NCBI GenBank assembly: GCA_046598045.1
Contig: JBKJJJ010000017.1
Span: forward strand, 1-12,383
Direction of reading: 5' to 3'
Source: Candidatus Eiseniibacteriota bacterium
GTDB taxonomy: Bacteria > Eisenbacteria > RBG-16-71-46 > DASYSL01
Length of the DNA stretch: 12,383 bases
Shown here: positions 6,112 to 12,383 of the stretch, piece after piece
How the letters are laid out: each line of letters begins with the position of its first letter
Position numbering within the stretch: the stretch's first letter is position 1
Notes under the pieces: model-generated
Seen by the model: the letters and a program-made list of their open reading frames with translations, nothing else
Database searches by the model: none
What the model was told of the DNA's origin: nothing
Made by a program: the position numbers and the translations under genes

Positions 6112-9100
6112 TTAGGGCCCCGACACCACCATGCCGCCCCAGCGGCGCGGCGCGTCGTCCTGCCCGGCGGCGCGCAGTTCCGTGCGCACCGTCCGCATCG
6201 CCTCGCGGTTGGCGAGCGCCGGCGGGAGCCCGCGGTTCCAGAGCCCCTCGTAGAACGCGATCGACCAGCGCTCAGAGGCCTGGTCGTCGAGCGGCCAAAG
6301 GGCGAGCGCCAGCGAACGCACGCCCGCACGCTCGAGCGCGCGGCGCAGGCCGAATACGCCCTCGCCGGTCACGTACTCGCCGAGCCCCGTGTTGCAGCCC
6401 GTGATCACCATGCCTTCGACGCGGGAGAGATCGAGCCCCGCGAATTCGTCCGCGGTGAGGATGCCGTCGGCCCCGTGGCCCGTGGCCCCGGTGCGACAGT
6501 TCGCGCCGGCAAGCGCGATGCCCGAGTAGAGCAGGGGATCGAACTCCGGGGCCCCGAGTCCCGTGCGGTCGCGGCAGGCCTGGTCGAGGAAGAATCCGTG
6601 GGTCGCTCCATGGATCCACGCCGCTCCCGGCGCGGCGCTCAGGAAATTCGCCTCGCCCGCCGCGCTTCCGACCAGCGTGCGCACGCGCGTCCCGCCAAAA
6701 CGGCGCCGCGCGAGCGCGCTCACGTCGGCCGCCTCGCGCGCTGAGAACGGCAGCTTGCCGAAGCGGCGCGCGAGGAACGCGTCGCACTCCCCCGTCGCCG
6801 AGCGCAGCGACGAGGTCGCGGACGCCGGAAGCGTCGAGCCGGCGAGCAGCGCGGGCGTCCCGCCCGGGGCCGCGTCGAAGTCCGCGCCGCCGAGCACGAG
6901 GATGGGCCGCCCGTCCTCGTGAACCGGGGCGCGCTCGAGCAGGTCCTTCTCCGAGGACAGGAGCCGCAATTCCAGGTCCTCGTCGAGCAGCCGCCGCGAG
7001 CCCCACGGCAGCGCATACCACGAGACGCCGTTCAGCCGGCCATCGGGCACGAGGTAGACGATGCGTGGGTCCGGCGCCCGCGCGCGCACCGGCTCCCACA
7101 CCGCCCGCCTCAGCCGCTCGCCCGCCGCGCGTTCGGCGCCCGCAGGCCCGGTTTCGAGAACGCGCCGCCAATCGTCCACCAGGGCATCGATCGCCTCGCC
7201 GGAGCCGAGGTCGACGAACGCGGGCTGCGCCTTCCCCGCGGTTGCGATCCAGGCGCCATACTTGAAGCGCTGCTCGCGAGCGTTCCCGCGGAGTTCGAAT
7301 CCGGACGCGTCGTTCCAGCGCACGTACGCCACCAGCGCCGACGAGGGCGGCAACGCGGTCCGCACCTCGGCGAGGCCGGGCTCGGCGCCGCGGGCGTCCG
7401 CCGGAGCGGCGGCCTGCGCGAGCGCCTGCTCGAGCGCGTCGGCCTCCGCCGTCGCCGACGCCAGCGCGTTCGCCGATGCGGGATCGGGCGCGGCCTGGTT
7501 CTGCTGGAGCACGAGATTCGCAATGCGCTGCCGCACCGCGAAGTGGCGCCGCTGGAGCTCGCTCGTCGTGCTGTCCGCGCGCTCGCGCAGGGCGGCCTGG
7601 CGCGCGGCGAACTCGTCGAGCACGAGGCCGCGCGAGCGCACCAGGCAGTCCCACGCCCGCGGAGCACGTTCGGGCGCCGCGCCCCGTTGCGCCGCAAGCG
7701 AGAGCACGAGGTCGAGCGCCTGCGGCCGCGAGCGCGCGAACGCGAGCGCCTGGCGCTCGGAGATATAGCGCAGGATCTGCTGCGACTTCGCGCGCGCGGT
7801 GGACTCTGACGCGAGTGCCTCGTCGAACGCCGCTGCACCGTCCCCGGCATCGGCGACGAGTTCCGCCTCGAGCGTGTGCGCGGCGGCCGGGAGCAGGGCC
7901 GAGCGGCCGACCTGCCGCTCGGACATCGTGATCACGTGCCCGAGATCGACCCGCGCCGAATCCCTCTGCCCGATCGCGCGCCAGGCCTGCGCGCGCTCGA
8001 GCAGCACGCTCGCGACCGCATCGGGTCCGAGCCGCTTCGTGCGCATCGCCACCACGCGCGTCAGGTGCGTGATCGCCGAATCGGGCTGTCCCCCGTTGCG
8101 GAGCAACTCGCCGAGGTTCTGCTCGATCGCCTCGAGTCCCTCGGTCGAGGCCGCCGGGCGCGCCCGCTCCAGGCGCAGCGCGGCCTCGAGTTCCACGCGC
8201 GCGGCCGCGAGATCGCCGAACGACCGCAGGCACTCCGCGTGGTTGATCAGCACGTTCCTGGTCTGGAAGCTGTCGGGCAAGGCGAGCGAGCGCACGATCG
8301 CCTGCGACTTGGCCTCGCACTCGTAGGACCGGCTCCGGTCGCCGAGGTCGCGGTAGGCGAGTCCGAGTTGCGCGTACTGTTCCGCCAGCCCGCCCGAATC
8401 GACCGGCGTGGCCTGCTCGAGCCCGGCGATCGCCTCCTGGAATGCGGCAATCCCGCCGACGGGATCGCCCGCGAATAGCGCCGTGATACCGAGGCTGTTG
8501 TAGGCGTTGATATGGTTTGGATGCGACACGGGGAGCTTCTTGCTGATGATCCCGGCGGCCGCGCGGCTGTCGCGGTACGCGCCCTCGAGGTCGCCGCGGA
8601 TGCGGCGCGTGATCGAACGGTTGTTGAGCGCCGTGGCGATGTCGAGATGCCCCGCCGGCAGGAGCCGGGAGCGGATCTCGAAGACCTCGTTGACACAGCG
8701 CTCGGAGGAGTCGAGGTCGTCGCACTCGCGCGCGGCCTTGCCCGCGAGCACGAGCGCAGTAGCGAGGTCGAGCCCATCCGCGCCCGGCACGACGCGCCGG
8801 AGCGCGACCGCTGAGTCCACGGCCGCGCGCGCCGCGCGGGTCTGGTGCGCGCGCAGGAGCAGGCGCCCGAGGTTGAGCTGGCTGGTCGAGGACGCGAGCG
8901 AGCGCTCCCCGTGCAACGCCGCCGACAGTTCGACCGCGCGGCGCGCGCGGGACACCGCCGCGGAGTCGACAGGGAGGGCGCTCTTGCCGAGCGCCTCACA
9001 CCAGGCCTGGAGGAGCGGCTCGGCGGGTTCGCTTCGCGTATCGAGCGCAGCGACGACGGGAAGCAGCTGCTTCGCCGCGAGCGCGGGTTTGCCGTCCTGG

Positions 9101-9252
9101 ATCTGCGCGCGCGCGGCGGCGAACACGCCGGCATAGGCCGTGTCCGTCGGCGCCGTGGGTCGGGCCTCCGGGCGCGCGGCGGCCGCCGGGCACGCGGAGG
9201 TGAGCGCGGCCAACAGCGTCGTGAGGGCGAGCGCTGGGAGGCGTGGGTTCAT
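6112..9252 (-). CDS. TPR-repeat plus CHAT-domain (caspase/separase-like, clan CD) cysteine protease with predicted signal peptide
   Basis: N-terminal MNPRLPALALTTLLAALTSACPAAAA; multiple ~42-aa TPR-like repeats (e.g. HLDIATALNNRSITRRIRGDLEGA); coiled coil; CHAT motifs LVPDGRL, LPFSAREA, IHGATHGF (His codon 6598-6600), DGILTADE, ITGCNTGLG (Cys codon 6394-6396), GEGVFGLRRAL, LWPLDD, P..WGGMVVSG. Confidence 0.93.
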   Translation of the reverse strand: MNPRLPALALTTLLAALTSACPAAAARPEARPTAPTDTAYAGVFAAARAQIQDGKPALAAKQLLPVVAALDTRSEPAEPLLQAWCEALGKSALPVDSAAVSRARRAVELSAALHGERSLASSTSQLNLGRLLLRAHQTRAARAAVDSAVALRRVVPGADGLDLATALVLAGKAARECDDLDSSERCVNEVFEIRSRLLPAGHLDIATALNNRSITRRIRGDLEGAYRDSRAAAGIISKKLPVSHPNHINAYNSLGITALFAGDPVGGIAAFQEAIAGLEQATPVDSGGLAEQYAQLGLAYRDLGDRSRSYECEAKSQAIVRSLALPDSFQTRNVLINHAECLRSFGDLAAARVELEAALRLERARPAASTEGLEAIEQNLGELLRNGGQPDSAITHLTRVVAMRTKRLGPDAVASVLLERAQAWRAIGQRDSARVDLGHVITMSERQVGRSALLPAAAHTLEAELVADAGDGAAAFDEALASESTARAKSQQILRYISERQALAFARSRPQALDLVLSLAAQRGAAPERAPRAWDCLVRSRGLVLDEFAARQAALRERADSTTSELQRRHFAVRQRIANLVLQQNQAAPDPASANALASATAEADALEQALAQAAAPADARGAEPGLAEVRTALPPSSALVAYVRWNDASGFELRGNAREQRFKYGAWIATAGKAQPAFVDLGSGEAIDALVDDWRRVLETGPAGAERAAGERLRRAVWEPVRARAPDPRIVYLVPDGRLNGVSWYALPWGSRRLLDEDLELRLLSSEKDLLERAPVHEDGRPILVLGGADFDAAPGGTPALLAGSTLPASATSSLRSATGECDAFLARRFGKLPFSAREAADVSALARRRFGGTRVRTLVGSAAGEANFLSAAPGAAWIHGATHGFFLDQACRDRTGLGAPEFDPLLYSGIALAGANCRTGATGHGADGILTADEFAGLDLSRVEGMVITGCNTGLGEYVTGEGVFGLRRALERAGVRSLALALWPLDDQASERWSIAFYEGLWNRGLPPALANREAMRTVRTELRAAGQDDAPRRWGGMVVSGP

Positions 9253-9303
9253 GACGGTGAGCGAGTATGGACCCGGGCGGGGACCGGGGGAAGGGCCTTT
9301 CCG

Positions 9304-12054
9304 CTACTTCCGGCTGACCAGCAAGTGAAACCCCGACGTGACCTCGATGTTGCCCGTGCCCTGGCTCTTGGCCGGAACGAGCAGGTAGAAGCGTTCCCCG
9401 TTGGGGTCGCAGGTCCAGCTCCGACCACTGGCCGTGATGTCGGCAGTCGGCAGCGGGAACAGCACGTGGGGCGTCCCGACGCGGAACCCATCGCTGGTGT
9501 CGATGTCGACGGCCAGGAGCCGGCTGTCGCGGGACTCGAAGATCAGCTCCTTGCCGCCCTTCACCCAGCGCGGGCGGGAGGCGGGCGCGGAGGAGATTTG
9601 CCAGCGGCCCGGCGGCCCGACGAGGCTCTGCACGAACACCTGCGTGCCGGGGATGATGCCGGCGGTCCCCGCGACGAAGCGTCCGTCGGGCGAGATCACC
9701 AGGTGCCAGAACGAGATCGTCGAGTCCAGGAGCGCGCGCGACGAGCGATCCGGACCTTCCGCATTCACGACATAGGAGAAATTGGTTCCGATCGTGTGGT
9801 ACACGAGCCGGGAGCCGGGCTCCGACCACTGCCACAGAAGGATGCTCCGCCCCGCCGGGATCGCGATCGAGTCCTGCGCTCCCAGGCCGTCGCTCGATCC
9901 GATCTGGATGTGGTCGACACCGCCGGGCGCCTTCGTGACACAGGCGAAGCGGCGGCCATCGGCGGACCAGTGCGGCGTATACGCGCCCCCACCGCTGAAC
10001 GTGAGGCGCGTGTCGGTCGCGCGATCGAGGTCGAGCACGTAGACCTCGCCGGTTTCCGAGTTGATCGAGCCCGCCCGCACATAGAGGAGCCGGTGCCCGT
10101 CGGGCGAGAGTTCCGGGCCCCCCAGGTTGCCACTCGCGAGGACCTTGCTCTCGAGCGCGCCCGTGCGGTCCGCCGCCTGGACCGTCAACGCGCCGGCGCC
10201 ATCGTCGATCCCGAATGCGAGGATGCCGTTGCGCGACGCCGAGAAGTGCCCCGACGAATTTCCCACGCGAACATTGTCGGCGATCGTGATGGGCTGGCCC
10301 GTCAACTTGCCGGCGCCCAGGTCGAGCTTCTGGGCCAGGAGCGTCAATCCGCGAAGGAACAGAACCCAGCCTCCGGGTGCGTATTCCACGCGGCCGTCCG
10401 AGCGGCCGAGCAGCTTCGAATCGAGGGATCCGATCTTGCCGAGGCGAATGTCCCCCGTCGCGCCGCCCGACAGCGTGCCGATGAACAGGAAGTGCTCGCC
10501 GTCGGGGAGAAAGTGCGGCCACGCGCTGCCGATCTCGCCCGACGCGCGGTCGATGCGGCTGGCCGGCCGCAGTTCCCCCCCGCCCGCGGGCACGACGCGC
10601 AGCGAATCGGTTTCGGACCTGTCCACGAGGATCAGGCCCTTCGAGCCCCAGCTCAGGTCGTAGCCGCCCGAGGCGGCGCAGATGACCGTGGGCGATCCGC
10701 CTCCGATCGGCACGCGCTGGAGCTTGTCCCCGGCGACGAACCCGATCTCCTTGCCGTCCGGCGACCAGTACGCGCGCGCGAGCGCATCCGTCCCGGGAAC
10801 CGGGTGCGCGTCGATCTCGTCGATCCGGCGGGTGTAGGCGCGCGTCACGCCGAGCGAGTCGGTGGCCTGCAGGAGCAGGTAGCGCCCATCCGGCGAGATG
10901 CGCGGCCACTCCGTCCGGATCGCGCCCGGAATCCCGCCGACGCGGAATCGGAACTCGGGCAGGTCAACCTGCGTGCGCGGGTAGAGCCAGGCGAAGATCC
11001 CGGCCGCCGCGAGCACGCCGAAAGCGGCCAGCGCCCACGCCAGGCGCGCGCTTCGTGCGGCCGCCGCGCGACCGGCGACGGCGGCGGCGCCGACCTCCGA
11101 GGCGGGCGACACCGCGCTGCCGAGCGCGAGTCCCGCGCCTTCGGCAATGCCGAGCAACTGCAGTTTCGCGTCGTGCGCCGTCTGGATGCGCTCGTCAGGG
11201 TCCTTCGCGAGGCAGTTGCGGATCAGCCGCTCGATGCCGTGCGGCGGCGCGGATGCCGGGGCCGCTGCGCGGCTCGCGCTCCCCGCGTCGGACGGGCGTT
11301 CGCCCACCGGCGGCGGCTCGCGCTCGAGGATCGCGGCGATGAGCGACGCCTGGCTGCGGCCTTCGAACGCGCGGCGGCCCGTGAACATCTCGTAGAGCAC
11401 GCAGCCGAGCGCCCAGATGTCGCTGCGCGCGTCCGCCTCCTTGCCCTCGAGCTGCTCGGGGGCCATGTACTGGAACGTGCCGAGGATCGTGCCCTCGGCG
11501 GTCAGCGCCTTCGCCATGCTCGGCGATTGCGTGAGCATCGCCATGGTCGCCCCGGACGTACCCGCGGGCCCGGCCATGCCGGTCGCGCGCGCGAGTCCGA
11601 AGTCCATGAGCTTCGCGCCGCCGCGCATGAGCATGACGTTGCCGGGCTTCAAGTCGCGATGGATCACGCCCGCTCTGTGCGCGCGATCGAGCGCGTCGGC
11701 GATCTGGGCGCCGATCCGGAGCGCCTCGGTGCCGGTCATCGAGCCCTTCGCGAGGCGGGCCTCGAGCGTGTCGCCCTCGACCAGCTCCATGACGAGGTAG
11801 TCGATGTCACCTTCGCGCCCGACGTCGTAGAGCGCGCAGATGTTCGGGTGATTCAGGCTGGAGACGGTCTTGGCCTCGCGCTCGAAGCGCGCGCGGATCT
11901 CGGGCTGGGCGGAGAGATGCTCGGGCAGCACCTTGACCGCGACGTCGCGGCCCAGGCGCGTGTCCTTCGCGCGGTAGACTTCGCCCATGCCGCCGGCGCC
12001 GAGCGGCGAGAGGATTTCGTAGGGGCCGAGCCTTGTCCCCGGGGTCAGGAGCAT
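9304..12054 (-). CDS. Hanks-type Ser/Thr protein kinase with TM helix and C-terminal PD40/TolB-like beta-propeller
   Basis: GAGGMGEVY, VAVK, HRDLKPGN, DFG, YMAPE and SDIWALG are all intact; TM LAWALAAFGVLAAAGIFAWLY; repeated (I/W/L)SPDG, FLPDG and WSADG propeller motifs. Confidence 0.95.
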   Translation of the reverse strand: MLLTPGTRLGPYEILSPLGAGGMGEVYRAKDTRLGRDVAVKVLPEHLSAQPEIRARFEREAKTVSSLNHPNICALYDVGREGDIDYLVMELVEGDTLEARLAKGSMTGTEALRIGAQIADALDRAHRAGVIHRDLKPGNVMLMRGGAKLMDFGLARATGMAGPAGTSGATMAMLTQSPSMAKALTAEGTILGTFQYMAPEQLEGKEADARSDIWALGCVLYEMFTGRRAFEGRSQASLIAAILEREPPPVGERPSDAGSASRAAAPASAPPHGIERLIRNCLAKDPDERIQTAHDAKLQLLGIAEGAGLALGSAVSPASEVGAAAVAGRAAAARSARLAWALAAFGVLAAAGIFAWLYPRTQVDLPEFRFRVGGIPGAIRTEWPRISPDGRYLLLQATDSLGVTRAYTRRIDEIDAHPVPGTDALARAYWSPDGKEIGFVAGDKLQRVPIGGGSPTVICAASGGYDLSWGSKGLILVDRSETDSLRVVPAGGGELRPASRIDRASGEIGSAWPHFLPDGEHFLFIGTLSGGATGDIRLGKIGSLDSKLLGRSDGRVEYAPGGWVLFLRGLTLLAQKLDLGAGKLTGQPITIADNVRVGNSSGHFSASRNGILAFGIDDGAGALTVQAADRTGALESKVLASGNLGGPELSPDGHRLLYVRAGSINSETGEVYVLDLDRATDTRLTFSGGGAYTPHWSADGRRFACVTKAPGGVDHIQIGSSDGLGAQDSIAIPAGRSILLWQWSEPGSRLVYHTIGTNFSYVVNAEGPDRSSRALLDSTISFWHLVISPDGRFVAGTAGIIPGTQVFVQSLVGPPGRWQISSAPASRPRWVKGGKELIFESRDSRLLAVDIDTSDGFRVGTPHVLFPLPTADITASGRSWTCDPNGERFYLLVPAKSQGTGNIEVTSGFHLLVSRK

Positions 12055-12100
12055 CGGGGGAATCTACCTCATCCGTCGAGCGTGGGTGGAGGAACGGCGC

Positions 12101-12383
12101 TCAAGCATCGAATCCGACGCGGCGCAGGATGCCCGGCCAGCGCGGGTCGCCGTGCAGCGGCTCGAACGTGGGCTCCATGAGCACGAGCGTCATCCCCGCG
12201 TCGCGCTCCTCGATCGCGCGCTCGAGCCAGCGAAACGCCTCGTCGAACTCGCCACGCACAGTGTGCACGGCGGCGATCTGGAACGCTGAATCCTTGGCGT
12301 GCTTCTCGATCAGCTCGGCGAGCGCAGCAGAGGACTCCGCGGGCCGCCCGCCCAGGAAGTGAATCGCTCCGAACGCGGTCAGG
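12101..12383 (-). CDS. C-terminal fragment of a TPR-containing protein (tail typical of TolB-N/TPR kinases or cyclases); gene begins beyond the window
   Basis: Manual translation from 12382: LTAFGAIHFLGGRPAESSAALAELIEKHAKDSAFQIAAVHTVRGEFDEAFRWLERAIEERDAGMTLVLMEPTFEPLHGDPRWPGILRRVGFDA* (TGA 12103-12101). G..DEAF.WLE.A..ERD and L..DPR...L.R.G are characteristic. Missing from the ORF track. Confidence 0.8.
   Translation of the reverse strand, partial: LTAFGAIHFLGGRPAESSAALAELIEKHAKDSAFQIAAVHTVRGEFDEAFRWLERAIEERDAGMTLVLMEPTFEPLHGDPRWPGILRRVGFDA

Larger units (their letters stand above)
5697..6115 (+). mobile_element. IS3-family-derived unit: orfA plus -1-frame OrfB N-terminus only, lacking the DDE catalytic domain and recognisable terminal IRs
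   Basis: The -1 frame from 5966 reads KTLETAAARRAAVRYAMTHAGISERRACALVGMTRSVYRYRPNGHHNGS* (TAG 6113-6115). SERRAC.LVG..RSVYRY is the typical start of IS3-family OrfB. This frame is not in the ORF track. Confidence 0.85.

Noticed and set aside
5560..6115. Intact, active IS3 element with terminal inverted repeats and target duplication
   Set aside because: No DDE domain is encoded, and I could not find a TG...CA IR pair or a flanking direct repeat by eye.
8845..12180. 1111-aa plus-strand ORF
   Set aside because: It is the antisense shadow of the kinase/CHAT genes. It is Arg/Ala/Gly-rich with no recognisable domain, as expected from stop-codon scarcity in high-GC DNA.
1..12383. CRISPR array or cas genes (prompted by the Craspase-like CHAT/sigma pairing), tRNA/rRNA, cobalamin or SAM riboswitch
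   Set aside because: No repeat-spacer structure, cas-like ORF or RNA-gene signature was seen. The metH leader lies outside the window.

Overview
High-GC bacterial window. The left end is housekeeping: a 5'-truncated B12-dependent methionine synthase (metH, +) convergent with a signal-peptide-bearing MsrA (-). The rest is mainly a minus-strand signalling cluster, in transcription order: the 3' end of a TPR-type protein, a membrane Ser/Thr kinase with a PD40/TolB-like beta-propeller, an exported TPR-CHAT (caspase-like) protease with an intact His/Cys dyad, a divergent ECF sigma factor, and an overlapping membrane anti-sigma factor carrying two tandem zinc (HxxxCxxC) domains. Between the CHAT and sigma genes, on the + strand, is a compact IS3-derived unit. 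It has orfA, a canonical -1 frameshift signal (G_GGA_AAA, 7-nt spacer, perfect 10-bp stem), an ATGA coupling site and the OrfB N-terminal segment, but no DDE transposase domain and no recognisable ends. The two best candidates for new biology are (i) a CRISPR-independent, envelope-located CHAT protease/double-ZAS anti-sigma/ECF cascade and (ii) a possibly domesticated, frameshift-expressed IS3-derived DNA-binding protein. All calls come from manual motif reading; no searches were run.
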